Shown: one piece after another, positions 36,471 through 47,273 of the stretch
How the letters are laid out: every line of letters starts with the position of its first letter
Numbering within the stretch: the stretch's first letter is position 1
From: Rebecca billardiae RCC1528
Taxonomy: Eukaryota > Protista > Haptophyta
Direction of reading: 5' to 3'
Length of the DNA: 64,000 bases
Assembly: GCA_965240325.2 (NCBI GenBank)
Contig: OZ251247.1
Span: forward strand, 1,114,869-1,178,868
Position numbers and translations under genes: made by a program
Notes under the pieces: model-generated
What the model saw: the letters and a program-made list of their open reading frames with translations, nothing else
What the model was told of the DNA's origin: nothing
The model's database searches: none

Positions 36471-37958
36471 TCAGCCCGGCAAGCCCCCACCGTCATCATC
36501 ACCGCGCACGGGCACGCGAAGCAGCCCCGCGATGCGCACCATCGGCGCGTGCCGGGCACCGTCGCCCTCTCCGGATGCTGCCGGCGGCGGCCCCACCTTG
36601 CGGCCGACGGCGGCAGAGCCATGGCCGCACGCGTGCACGCAGCCGTCGGCCGTCACGTACAGCGCGTGGCTGTCCGACAGCGCACAGGCAGCCACTCGCT
36701 GCCCGCCCAGCAGCTCCACGCGCACCGGCACGCTGGCGTCTGCCGACGCTGGGCGGCCGAGCTGCGCGTATCGGTTCCACCCAAACGTGTGCACGCTGCC
36801 GTCAGCACCCAGCACCGCGCTGCCGTAAGGCCCCGCGCTGGCACTCACAGCGCGCATGCCGCCGAGTGTGGCGATGGGCGTAGGCAGGAGCTGCCCGCGT
36901 GTAGAGCCATGGCCGAGCTGTCCGAAGTGGCCGTCGCCAAACGAGAACGCACCGCCCCGCACGTCCACCACCAGGCTGTGGCGGTTGCCCGCGCTCACGT
37001 GCACGGCGCGCACGCCAGCCAGCGCCTCGATGCGCCTCGGCGTGAGCTGATGCTCCTGGTCGCCGTGGCCGAGCTGGCCGAAGCCGCCGAAGCCACACGA
37101 GTAGACGGTGCCACTGGCTGAGAGCAGTAGCGTGTGGTATTCGCCCGCGGCGATGCCACCCAAGCGCACGCCATTCAGCGCCTCGATGCGCGTCGGCTCC
37201 AACCGCTCCTTCGTGTCGCCGTGGCCGAGCTGGCCCCAGTCGTTGCTGCCCCAGCTGTACGCACACCCAGCGGCGGTGAGCGCGAGGCTGTGCTTGAAGC
37301 TGGCGGCGATGCCCACGACCAGCGCACCACGAGGTACTGCGATCAAAGCGAAGGAGAACCGAGCCTTGCCGTCTGCCAGCCCCAGCTGGCCACTGTAGTT
37401 GGCGCCGCAGCCGTACACAGCGCCGGCATCGCTCAGCGCGAGCAGGTGGTGGGTGCCAGCGGCCACCGCGACCACGCGCACACCGCTGAGGGAGGCGACG
37501 CGCGTCGGAGCGTGCATCGGCTCGAGGCGATCATCGCCGTGCCCCAGCGCAATGTGCGCGCGAGGAGGGCTCCACGGCCGCTCTTCCACGCCGCACGTGT
37601 GCAGCCCGCCCTCCGCGTCCACAAACGCGCTCACCGCGTCGAACCCCCCGTGAAAAACACTGTAGCCACCACCAGCCACCACCACCAGCCCGTGCGCACG
37701 CGCGAGCTGGAGGACGTGCTCGCGCGCGAGCAGCTCCCCGATCCAAGTGAACGACGCCGCGGGCAGCGTCCCGGGCAGCGCACGCTCGTGCCCGCGAGCG
37801 CGCGCGCGCTCAAGCAGCGCGCGCTCGACCGGCGAGCTGGCGCGGCCGGGCGCGCCGCGGAAGAGGCGCGAGGCGGGGAGCCAGGCGAGGATGCGCTCGA
37901 TCAGCTCCGGCGCCACGTCGGCGAGCGTGAGCCGCGGCAACGCAGCGGCGCTTGCCAT
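36471..37958 (-). CDS. F-box + RCC1-repeat protein A4 (30-nt in-frame deletion in the F-box)
   Basis: ILAWLP|ASRLF lacks AAQDLASANA; otherwise nearly identical to A6. Confidence 0.88.
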   Translation of the reverse strand: MASAAALPRLTLADVAPELIERILAWLPASRLFRGAPGRASSPVERALLERARARGHERALPGTLPAASFTWIGELLAREHVLQLARAHGLVVVAGGGYSVFHGGFDAVSAFVDAEGGLHTCGVEERPWSPPRAHIALGHGDDRLEPMHAPTRVASLSGVRVVAVAAGTHHLLALSDAGAVYGCGANYSGQLGLADGKARFSFALIAVPRGALVVGIAASFKHSLALTAAGCAYSWGSNDWGQLGHGDTKERLEPTRIEALNGVRLGGIAAGEYHTLLLSASGTVYSCGFGGFGQLGHGDQEHQLTPRRIEALAGVRAVHVSAGNRHSLVVDVRGGAFSFGDGHFGQLGHGSTRGQLLPTPIATLGGMRAVSASAGPYGSAVLGADGSVHTFGWNRYAQLGRPASADASVPVRVELLGGQRVAACALSDSHALYVTADGCVHACGHGSAAVGRKVGPPPAASGEGDGARHAPMVRIAGLLRVPVRGDDDGGGLPG

Positions 37959-38140
37959 CTCGACCGCCGTCCCTCCGCCACCGTCGCTCACGCCTTGGCT
38001 TGGCCGCCACCCCACTGGAGCGGCGCGGCCACTGGCCGTGGCCAAACGGTCTTCGTCCGTCCAGTTGAACACCCCGGACCGAGCAGCCCCGCCGCCGAGG
38101 CGGAGGGAGCCACCGCGCGCGAGAGAAGCGCCGCCGCGTC
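37959..38140. promoter_or_regulatory. Representative conserved ~180-bp head-to-head intergenic region (probable bidirectional promoter); also at 24420-24617, 28046-28226, 41551-41732, 45162-45336
   Basis: Near-identical sequence between the A and B start codons in every uninterrupted pair (core aaacggtcttcgtccgtccagttgaacaccccggacc). The promoter function is inferred. Confidence 0.65.
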
Positions 38141-39604
38141 ATGGCATCGCCCCCCGCGAAAGACGCCACGATCGGCGCGCTGCCGCCCGAGCTGCTCGCG
38201 CGCGTGCTCGGCTTTCTCGTGCGCGCGCACGATCTAGCCGCCGCGAACGCCGCTTCGCGCCTCTTCCGCGGCGCGCCCGGCGAGCGCTCGGCGGTCGAGC
38301 ACGCGCTGCGCGAGCGCGCCCGCGCACGCGGCCACGAGCACGCGCTGCCCGAGGCGCTGCCCGCGGCGTCGTGCACTTGGACCGAGGAGCTCTTCGCACG
38401 CGATGGCGTGGCGACGATCGCCTCCGCGCACGCCAGCGTCCTCGCGTGCGCGCCCGGCTACAGCCGTCGCTGGAGCGCGTTTGTGGACGCGGACGGCGCG
38501 CTGCACACGTGCGGCGAGGAGAAGGAGCTCACGCCGGGCGAGTCTCGCGCGCCGGCAGCACTGGGGCTACCCACATTGGCCACCGTGCCGATATGCACGC
38601 CCCAGCGCGTTGCCTCGCTCTGCGCGGTGCGCGTGGTCGCGGTGGCCGCTGGCGACGACCACCTGCTTACGCTGAGCGACGCAGGCGCCGTGTACGGCTG
38701 CGGCTTCAACCAGCACGGCCAGCTCGGGCTGGGCGACACTGGGACGCGTTACTCGTTCGAAGCGATCGCCGCCCTCAGCGGCGAGCTCGTCGTGCACATC
38801 TGTGCCGGCGCCTGGCACAGCCTCGCGCTCACCGCCGCTGGCTGCGCGTACAGCTGGGGCGACAACGCGCTCGGCAAGCTCGGACACGGCGACACGAAGG
38901 ACCGGTGGGAGCCGACGCGCATCGAGGCGCTGGACGGCGTGCGCTTGGGCGGGATAGCCGCGGGTGAAAGGCACACGCTACTACTCTCAGCCAGTGGCGC
39001 CGTCTACTCGTGCGGCGCGGGCTACTACGGCCGGCTCGGCCACGGCGACGAGCAGCATCAGCACACGCCGAGGCGCATCGAGGCGCTCGTGGGCGTGCGC
39101 GCCGTGCACGTGAGCGCAGGCGATGCGCACAGCCTGGTGGTGGATGCTGCGGGGCGCGTGTGCTCGTTCGGGGCCGGCCATGTTGGCCAGCTCGGCACGG
39201 GCCAGCGGGCCCAGCCCATGCCTCGGCGCATCGATGCGCTCGCGAGCACCCGCGCTGTGCGCGCCCGCGCCGGCGACTACAGCAGCGCGGTGCTCGGCGC
39301 GGACGGCAGCGTGCACGTCTTCGGGCGCACGCATCACCCGCAGCTCGGCCTGGGAGGGCCGACGGGGCCGCCTGAGCGCGTGCCCGAGCTCGCGCTCGCC
39401 CGCGTGCTCGACTGCGCGCTCGCCGCTTCCCACTCGCTCTTTGCGACCGCGGACGGTGGCGTGTACGCGTGCGGCGAGCCGTGCGCAGCGCTCGGCCTCG
39501 GCCAGAGGCAGAGTCACACAGCCGACGGCAACCGTCCACGCTGCACGCCGCCGGAGCGAGTCGCGTCGCTGCCGCGCGTGCTGCCGTGGTCCCCGATGGG
39601 ATGA
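38141..39604 (+). CDS. F-box + RCC1-repeat protein B4
   Basis: Intact 487-aa ORF. Confidence 0.92.
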   Translation: MASPPAKDATIGALPPELLARVLGFLVRAHDLAAANAASRLFRGAPGERSAVEHALRERARARGHEHALPEALPAASCTWTEELFARDGVATIASAHASVLACAPGYSRRWSAFVDADGALHTCGEEKELTPGESRAPAALGLPTLATVPICTPQRVASLCAVRVVAVAAGDDHLLTLSDAGAVYGCGFNQHGQLGLGDTGTRYSFEAIAALSGELVVHICAGAWHSLALTAAGCAYSWGDNALGKLGHGDTKDRWEPTRIEALDGVRLGGIAAGERHTLLLSASGAVYSCGAGYYGRLGHGDEQHQHTPRRIEALVGVRAVHVSAGDAHSLVVDAAGRVCSFGAGHVGQLGTGQRAQPMPRRIDALASTRAVRARAGDYSSAVLGADGSVHVFGRTHHPQLGLGGPTGPPERVPELALARVLDCALAASHSLFATADGGVYACGEPCAALGLGQRQSHTADGNRPRCTPPERVASLPRVLPWSPMG

Positions 39605-40032
39605 GCAGCGATGGCCTACCTAGCTCGTGCCAGTGGCTCCAGCGCCGGCTGACGCGGGGGCGGACTGGGCACTGGCCCGACTGCGCCGCGGACAGTGATG
39701 ACTGCTTGCACTTCTCACTGAGTCAGTGACTGAGTAGCCATGACGATGATGATGATGACTGATGACGACTGATGTGCTACGACGTACGTAAACGGCGCAG
39801 CAGCGGCTGCCCGTCGGTGAATGACGATGACGATGATGATGCCGCCGCGCGCGGCGCGATTTCATATTCGTCATCATCGTCATATCGCGCGTCCGTCGTA
39901 TAGTCGCACAGCAGACAGCAGTCAGTCTCTCACTCAGTCGTCACTACTGAGACTGCCGACGGCGACGAGTCCGACTGGTCCGGTGGCCGTACAGCAGGCT
40001 CGTCGTCGGCAGCAGTGATGGCCCCGGCGCCA

Positions 40033-41550
40033 TCATCCCGGCAAGCCACCACCGTCATCATCACCGCACACGGGCACGCGAGGCAGCCCCGCGATGCGCA
40101 CCATCGGCGCGAGCGGAGCACCGTCGCCCTCTCCGGACGCTGCCGGCGGCGGCTCCACCTTGCGGCCGACGGCGGCAGAGCCATGGCCGCACGCGTGCAC
40201 GCAGCCGTCGGCCGTCACGTACAGCGCGTGGCTGTGCGAGAGCGCACATGCGGCCACGCGCTGCCCGCCCAGCAGCTCCACACGCACCGGCACGCGGGGG
40301 TCTGCCGACGCTGGGCGGCCGAGCTGCGCGTACCGGTTCTCCCCGAACGTGTGCAAGCTGCCGTCCGCGCCCAGCACCGCGCTGCCGCAAGGCCCCGCGC
40401 TGGCACTCACAGCGCACACGCCGCCGAGTGCGGCGATGGGCGTAGGCAGAAGCTGCTTGCGTGTAGAGCCATGGCCGAGCTGTCCGGACTGGCCGTCACC
40501 GAACGAGGACGCAGTGCCCCAGGCGTCCACCACCAGGCTGTGGAAGTCGCCGGCGCTCACGTGCACGGCGCGCACGCCCGCGAGCGCCTCGATGCGCCTC
40601 GGCGCGTGCTGATCCTGCTGGTCGCCGTGGCCGAGCTGGCCGAAGCAGCCAAATCCGCACGAGAAGACGTCACCATCTGCCGCAAGCAGCAGCGTGTGCC
40701 AACGCCCTGCAGAGATGCCGCCCACGCGCATGCCGCCCAGCACCTCGATGTGCGTCGGCTCCCACCGCTCCTTCATGTCGCCGTGGCCGAGCTGGCCGCT
40801 GCAGTTGTAGCCCCAGCTGTACGCGCAGCCAGCGGCGGTGAGCGCGAGGCTGTGGTAGGCGCCAGCGGCGATGCCCACGACCAGCGCGTCACGAGGTACT
40901 GCGATCGAAGTGAAGGAGGGCCGAGCCTCTCCGTCGCCCAGGCCGAGCTGGCCACAGAAGTTCTCGCCGCAGCCGTACACGGCGCCGGCATCGCTCAGAG
41001 CGAGCAGGTGGTGGTAGCCAGCCGCCACCGCGACCACGCGCACCGGAGAGAGCGAGGCTACGTGCGTCGGCGTGTGCATCGGCTCGAGGTGATCGTCGCC
41101 GTGCCCCAGCGCACAGGGCGCGCCAGGAGGGCGCCCCGGCGTCTCTTCCGCGCCGCACGTGTGCAGCCCGCCCTCCGCGTCCACAAACGCGCTCATCGCT
41201 TCGAAAGTTCCGAAAGCACCGCGATTGAAGCCCCCGCAAGCCGCCACCTGCGCGTGCGCACGCGCGAGCTGGAGGAGGTGCTCGCGCGCGAGCAAATATT
41301 CTGTCCACGTGCACGACGCCGAGGGCAGCGTCGCCGGCAGCGCGCGCTCGTGCCCGCGCGCGCGCGCGCGCTCGCGCAGCACGCGCTCGACCGGCGAGCT
41401 GGCGCGGCCGGGCGCGCCGCGGAAGAGGCGCGAGGCGGCGTTGGCGCTCGCGAGGTCTTGCGCGGCGGGGAGCCAGGCGAGGATGCGCTCGATCAGCTCC
41501 GGCGCCACGTCGGCGAGCGTGAGCCGCGGCAATGCAGCGGCGCTTGCCAT
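40033..41550 (-). CDS. F-box + RCC1-repeat protein A5
   Basis: Intact ORF from ATG 41550. Confidence 0.92.
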   Translation of the reverse strand: MASAAALPRLTLADVAPELIERILAWLPAAQDLASANAASRLFRGAPGRASSPVERVLRERARARGHERALPATLPSASCTWTEYLLAREHLLQLARAHAQVAACGGFNRGAFGTFEAMSAFVDAEGGLHTCGAEETPGRPPGAPCALGHGDDHLEPMHTPTHVASLSPVRVVAVAAGYHHLLALSDAGAVYGCGENFCGQLGLGDGEARPSFTSIAVPRDALVVGIAAGAYHSLALTAAGCAYSWGYNCSGQLGHGDMKERWEPTHIEVLGGMRVGGISAGRWHTLLLAADGDVFSCGFGCFGQLGHGDQQDQHAPRRIEALAGVRAVHVSAGDFHSLVVDAWGTASSFGDGQSGQLGHGSTRKQLLPTPIAALGGVCAVSASAGPCGSAVLGADGSLHTFGENRYAQLGRPASADPRVPVRVELLGGQRVAACALSHSHALYVTADGCVHACGHGSAAVGRKVEPPPAASGEGDGAPLAPMVRIAGLPRVPVCGDDDGGGLPG

Positions 41551-41732
41551 CTCGACCGCCGTCCCTCCGCCACCGTCGCTCACGCCTTGGCTTGGCCGCC
41601 ACCCCACTGGAGCGGCGCGGCCACTGGCCGTGGCCAAACGGTCTTCGTCCGTCCAGTTGAACACCCCGGACCGAGCAGCCCCGCCGCCGAGGCGGAGGGA
41701 GCCACCGCGCGCGAGAGAAGCGCCGCCGACTC

Positions 41733-43196
41733 ATGGCATCACGCCCCGCGACAGACGCCACGATCGGCGCGCTGCCGCCCGAGCTACTCGCGCGCGTGCT
41801 CGGCTTTCTTGAGCGCGCGCGCGATCTGGCCGCCGCGAACGCCGCTTCGCGCCTCTTCCGCGGCGCCCCCGGCGAGCGCTCGGCGGTCGAGCACGCGCTG
41901 CGCGAGCGCGCGCGCGCGCGCGGCCACGAGCACGCGCTGCCCGAGGCGCTGCCCGCGGCGTCGTGCACGTGGACCGAGGAGCTCTTCGCACGTGATCGCG
42001 TTGCGACGATCGCCGCCGCGCACGCCAGCGTCCTCGCGTGCGCGCCCGGCTACAGCCGTCGCTGGAGTGCGTTTGTGGACGCGGACGGCGCGCTGCACAC
42101 GTGCGGCGAGGAGGAGGACGACGTGACGGGCGAGCTTCGCGCACCGGCAGCACTTGGGCACTCCGCATCAGTCAGCGAGCCGATCTGCACGCCACAGCGC
42201 GTCGCCTCGCTCTCTGCGGTGCGCGTGGTCGCGGTGTCCGCTGGCTGTGCCCACCTCCTCGCGCTGAGCGAGGCCGGCGCCGTCTACGGCTGCGGCGAGA
42301 ACTTGCTCGGCCAGCTCGGGCTGGGCGGCACTGCGACGCGTCGGTCGTTCGAAGCGATTGAGTCCCTTCGCCACGAGCTCGTCGTGCACATCTGTGCCGG
42401 CGCCTGCCACAGCCTCGCGCTCACCGCCGCTGGCTGTGCGTACAGCTGGGGCTACAACAGCCGCGGCCAGCTCGGCCACGGCGACACGAAGAAGCGGCGG
42501 GAGCCGACGCGCATCGCGGCGCTGGACGGCGTGCGCGTGGGCGGGATCGCGGCAGGGGGCAATCACACGTTGCTGCTCGTAATCAGCGGCGCCGTCTACT
42601 CGTGTGGCCATGGCTACGTGGGCCGGCTCGGCCACGGCGACGGGCAGGCTCAGCACACGCCGAGGCGCATCGAGGCGCTCGCGGGCGTGCGCGCCGTGCA
42701 CGTGAGCGCAGGCGAGGCGCACAGCCTGGTGGTGGACGCGGTGGGGTGCGTGCACTCGTTCGGGTGGGGCTCTTCCTGCCAACTCGGCACCGGCTCCAAG
42801 CACAATCAGCACACGCCGAGGCGCATCGAGGCGCTCGCTGGCGCCCGCTCCGTGCGCGCCCGCGCCGGCAACTACAGCAGTGCGGTGCTCGGCGCGGACG
42901 GCAGCGTGCACGTCTTCGGACGCACGAATCACCCGCAGCTCGGCCTGGACGGGCCGACGGGGCAGCCCACGCGCGTGCCCGAGCTCGCGCACGCCCGCGT
43001 GCTCGACTGCGCGCTCGCCGCTTCCCACTCGCTCTTTGCGACCGCTGACGGTGGCGTGTACGCGTGCGGCGAGCCGTGCGCAGCGCTCGGCCTCGGCCAG
43101 AGGCTGAGTCGTGCGGCAGACGGCAACCGACGCTGCACGCCGCCGGAGCGAGTCGCGTCGCTGCCGCGCGTGCTGCCGTGGTCTCCGACGGGTTGA
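41733..43196 (+). CDS. F-box + RCC1-repeat protein B5
   Basis: Intact 487-aa ORF. Confidence 0.92.
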   Translation: MASRPATDATIGALPPELLARVLGFLERARDLAAANAASRLFRGAPGERSAVEHALRERARARGHEHALPEALPAASCTWTEELFARDRVATIAAAHASVLACAPGYSRRWSAFVDADGALHTCGEEEDDVTGELRAPAALGHSASVSEPICTPQRVASLSAVRVVAVSAGCAHLLALSEAGAVYGCGENLLGQLGLGGTATRRSFEAIESLRHELVVHICAGACHSLALTAAGCAYSWGYNSRGQLGHGDTKKRREPTRIAALDGVRVGGIAAGGNHTLLLVISGAVYSCGHGYVGRLGHGDGQAQHTPRRIEALAGVRAVHVSAGEAHSLVVDAVGCVHSFGWGSSCQLGTGSKHNQHTPRRIEALAGARSVRARAGNYSSAVLGADGSVHVFGRTNHPQLGLDGPTGQPTRVPELAHARVLDCALAASHSLFATADGGVYACGEPCAALGLGQRLSRAADGNRRCTPPERVASLPRVLPWSPTG

Positions 43197-43667
43197 GCAG
43201 CGATGGCCTACCTAGCTCGTGCCAGTGGCGCGATGCCTACCCGGGGCGGATCGGACCAGCTTGCTCCAGCGGGCCGCGAGCGCCGCGGGTGGGGCCGATT
43301 GCTCCGCGGACACCAATCACCATTGAGACTGCATGCGCGCACTACTACTCAAGCTGAGAGTCATGACGATGATGATCGACTGATGACGACTGTGCTACGA
43401 CGTATACGGCGCAGCAGCAGCGGTTGCGCCCGTTGATATTCATGAATGATGATATGCCACGACGATGATGATAGATGACGACGATGATGATGCCGCCGCG
43501 GCGCGATTTATTCATATCATCGTCATCGTCCGTCGTCGTAGTCGTCGTACAGCAGTCTCTCACTGCTGCCGACGAGTCCCGGCGGAATGTTCGTGGCCGT
43601 ACGACAGGCTCGTCGTCGGCAGCCGTGATGGCCCCGGTGCCATCAGCCCGGCAAGCCGCCACCGTCA

Positions 43668-45161
43668 TCAGTCGCCGCGCACGGGCACGCGAGGCAGCTC
43701 CGCGATGCGCACCGTCGGCGCGTGCCGAGCACCGTCGCCCTCTCCGGATGCTGCCGGCGGCAGCCCCACCTTGCGGCCGACGGCGGCAGAGCCATGGCCG
43801 CACGCGTGCACGCGGCCGTCGGCCGTCACGTACAGCGCGTGGCTGTCCGACAGCGCACAGGCGGCCACTCGCTGCCCGCCCAGCAGCTCCACGCGCACCG
43901 GCACGCTGGCGTCTGCCGACGCTGGGCGGCCGAGCTGCGCGTATCGGTTCCACCCAAACGTGTGCACGCTGCCGTCGGCGCCCAGCACCGCGCCGCCAAA
44001 AGGCCCCGCGCTGGCACTCACAGCGCGCACGCCGCCGAGTGTGGCGATGGGCGTAGGCAGGAGCTGCCCGCGTGTAGAGCCATAGCCGAGCTGTCCGAAC
44101 TGGCCGTCGCCAAACGAGAACGCACCGCCCCGCACGTCCACCACCAGGCTGTGGCGGTTGCCCGCGCTCACGTGCACGGCGCGCACGCCAGCCAGCGCCT
44201 CGATGCGCCTCGGCGTGAGCTGATGCTCCTGGTCGCAGTGGCCGAGCTGGCCAAAGTAGCCGAAGCCACACGAATAGACGGTGCCACTGGCTGAGAGCAG
44301 TAGCGTGTGGTATTCGCCCGCGGCGATGCCACCCACGCGCACGCCATTCAGCGCCTCGATGCGCGTCGGCTCCAACCGCTCCTTCGTGTCGCCGTGGCCG
44401 AGCTGGCCCCAGTCGTTGCTGCCCCAGCTGTACGCACACCCAGCGGCGGTGAGCGCGAGGCTGTGCTTGAAGCTGGCGGCGATGCCCACGACCAGCGCAC
44501 CACGAGGTACTGCGATCAAAGCGAAGGAGAATCGAGCCTTGCCGTCTCCCAGCCCCAGCTGGCCACTGTAGTTGGCGCCGCAGCCGTACACAGCGCCGGC
44601 ATCGCTCAGCGCGAGCAGGTGGTGGGTGCCAGCGGCCACCGCGACCACGCGCACACCGCTGAGGGAGGCGACGCGCGTCGGAGCGTGCATCGGCTCGAGG
44701 CGATCATCGCCGTGCCCCAGCGCAATGTGCGCGCGAGGAGGGCTCCACGGCCGCTCTTCCACGCCGCACGTGTGCAGCCCGCCCTCCGCGTCCACAAACG
44801 CGCTCACCGCGTCGAAACCCCCGTGAAAAACACTGTAGCCACCACCAGCCACCACCACCAGCCCGTGCGCACGCGCGAGCTGGAGGACGTGCTCGCGCGC
44901 GAGCAGCTCCCCGATCCAAGTGAACGACGCCGCGGGCAGCGTCCCGGGCAGCGCACGCTCGTGCCCGCGAGCGCGCGCGCGCTCAAGCAGCGCGCGCTCG
45001 ACCGGCGAGCTGGCGCGGCCGGGCGCGCCGCGGAAGAGGCGCGAGGCGGCGTTGGCGCTCGCGAGGTCTTGCGCGGCGGGGAGCCAGGCGAGGATGCGCT
45101 CGATCAGCTCCGGCGCCACGTCGGCGAGCGAGAGCCGCGGCAACGCAGCGGCGCTTGCCAT
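43668..45161 (-). CDS. F-box + RCC1-repeat protein A6 (1-nt insertion shortens the tail)
   Basis: ATG 45161; ends PVRGD* instead of PVRGDDDGGGLPG*. Confidence 0.9.
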   Translation of the reverse strand: MASAAALPRLSLADVAPELIERILAWLPAAQDLASANAASRLFRGAPGRASSPVERALLERARARGHERALPGTLPAASFTWIGELLAREHVLQLARAHGLVVVAGGGYSVFHGGFDAVSAFVDAEGGLHTCGVEERPWSPPRAHIALGHGDDRLEPMHAPTRVASLSGVRVVAVAAGTHHLLALSDAGAVYGCGANYSGQLGLGDGKARFSFALIAVPRGALVVGIAASFKHSLALTAAGCAYSWGSNDWGQLGHGDTKERLEPTRIEALNGVRVGGIAAGEYHTLLLSASGTVYSCGFGYFGQLGHCDQEHQLTPRRIEALAGVRAVHVSAGNRHSLVVDVRGGAFSFGDGQFGQLGYGSTRGQLLPTPIATLGGVRAVSASAGPFGGAVLGADGSVHTFGWNRYAQLGRPASADASVPVRVELLGGQRVAACALSDSHALYVTADGRVHACGHGSAAVGRKVGLPPAASGEGDGARHAPTVRIAELPRVPVRGD

Positions 45162-45336
45162 CTCGACCCCGTCCCTCCGCCACCGTCGCTCACGCCTTGG
45201 CTTGGCCGCCACCCCACTGGAGCGGCGCGGCCACTGGCCAAACGGTCTTCGTCCGTCCAGTTGAACACCCCGGACCGAGCAGGCCCGCCGCCGAGGCGGA
45301 GGGAGCCACCGCGCGCGAGAGAAGCGCCGCCGCGTG

Positions 45337-46800
45337 ATGGCATCACGCCCCGCGACAGACGCCACGATCGGCGCGCTGCCGCCCGAGCTGCTCGCGCGGG
45401 TGCTCGGCTTCGTGGAGCGCGCGCACGATCTGGCCGCCGCGAACGCCGCCTCGCGCCTCTTCCGCGGCGCGCCCGGCGAGCGCTCGGCGGTCGAGCACGC
45501 GCTGCGCGAGCGCGCGCGCGCACGCGGGCACGAGCGCGCGTTGCCCGATCTGCTGCCCGCGGCGTCGTGCACGTGGACTCAGGAGCTGTTCGCACGCGAC
45601 CGCGTGGCGACGATCGCCGCCGCGCACGCCAACGTTCTCGCGTGCGCGGGAAACCTCCGGAGCCGCTGGAGCGCGTTTGTGGACGCGGAGGGCGCGCTGC
45701 ACACGTGCGGCGAGGAGGAGGTGCGCACGATGGGCGAGCCTCGCGCGCCCGAAGCACTGGGGCATCCGACATTGGCCACCGTGCCGATATGCACGCCCCA
45801 GCGCGTTGCCTCGCTCCGCGCGGTGCGCGTGGTCGCGGTGGCCGCTGGCTGTGACCACCTGCTAGCGCTGAGTGCGGCCGGCGCCGTGTACGGCTGCGGC
45901 GGCAACTACCGCGGCGAGCTCGGGCTGGGCGACACTGGGACGCGTTACTCGTTCGAAGTGATCGCCGCCCTCAGCGGTGAGCTCGTCGTGCACATCTGTG
46001 CCGGCGCCTGGCACAGCCTCGCGCTCACCGCCGCTGGGTGTGCGTACAGCTGGGGCAGCAACAGCTGCGGCCAGCTCGGCCACGGCGACACGGAGGAGCG
46101 GCGGGAGCCGACGCGCATCGAGGCGCTGGGCGGCGTGCGCGTTGGCGGCATCGCCGCGGGCATGTACCACACGCTACTGCTCTCAACCAGCGGCGCTGTC
46201 CACTCGTGCGGCAATGGCTACAACGGCCTGCTCGGTCACGGTGACGAGCAGCATCAGCGCACGCCGAGGCGCATCGAGGCGCTCGTGGGCGTGCGCGCCG
46301 TGCACGTGAGCGCGGCCTACGCGCACAGCCTGGTGGTGGACGCAGCTGGGCGCGTGCACTCGTTTGGGAGTGACGCTTTCGGCCAACTCGGCATCGGATG
46401 GGCGGCGCCTCGGCGCACGCCGAGGCGCATCGAGGCGCTCGCGGGCACCCGCGCCGTGCGCGCCCGCTCGCGCAACAACTGCAGCGCGGTGCTCGGGGCG
46501 GACGGCAGCGTGCACGTCTTCGGGCACACGAATCACCCGCAGCTCGGCCTGGAAGGGCAGGCTGGGCTGCCTGAGCGCGTGCCCGAGCTCGCGCACGCCC
46601 GCGTGCTCGACTGCGCGCTCGCAGATTCCCACTCGCTCTTTGCGACCGCCGACGGTGGCGTGTACGCGTGCGGCGAGCCGTGCGCAGCGCTCGGCCTCGG
46701 CCAGAGGCTGAGTCGTGCAGCCGTCGGCAACCGACGCTGCACGCCGCCGGAGCGAGTCGCGTCGCTGCCGCGCGTGCTGCCGTGGTTCCCGACGGGATGA
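45337..46800 (+). CDS. F-box + RCC1-repeat protein B6
   Basis: Intact ORF from ATG 45337. Confidence 0.92.
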   Translation: MASRPATDATIGALPPELLARVLGFVERAHDLAAANAASRLFRGAPGERSAVEHALRERARARGHERALPDLLPAASCTWTQELFARDRVATIAAAHANVLACAGNLRSRWSAFVDAEGALHTCGEEEVRTMGEPRAPEALGHPTLATVPICTPQRVASLRAVRVVAVAAGCDHLLALSAAGAVYGCGGNYRGELGLGDTGTRYSFEVIAALSGELVVHICAGAWHSLALTAAGCAYSWGSNSCGQLGHGDTEERREPTRIEALGGVRVGGIAAGMYHTLLLSTSGAVHSCGNGYNGLLGHGDEQHQRTPRRIEALVGVRAVHVSAAYAHSLVVDAAGRVHSFGSDAFGQLGIGWAAPRRTPRRIEALAGTRAVRARSRNNCSAVLGADGSVHVFGHTNHPQLGLEGQAGLPERVPELAHARVLDCALADSHSLFATADGGVYACGEPCAALGLGQRLSRAAVGNRRCTPPERVASLPRVLPWFPTG

Positions 46801-47273
46801 GCATCGATGGCCTACCTAGCTCGTGCCAGTGGCGCGATGCCTACCCGGGGGCGGATCGGACCAGCTTGCTCCAGCGGGCTGCGGGCGCCGCGGGGGCCGA
46901 CTGCGGCCGGACACCATTGATTGAGACTGCGCGCACTACTACTAGCTACTCACTGAGCGAGTCATGACGATGATGATCGACTGACGGACGACTGTGCTAC
47001 GACGTATACGGCGCAGCAGCGGCTGCCCGCTGATGAATGGTGGCAGTGATGATGATGATATGACTACGATATGGCCAGTATATTCACGGTAACGATGATG
47101 CTGCTGCCGCCGCGGCGCGATACTGTATCGTCATCATCGTCCGTCGTCGTACTCGTAGTCGTACGACAGCACTGTGAGTCACTGTCAGCAGTCTCTCACT
47201 GCTGCCGACGAGTCCCGGAATTGGGCGTGGCCGTACAGGCTCGTCGTCGGCAGCCGTGATGGCCCCTGCACCA

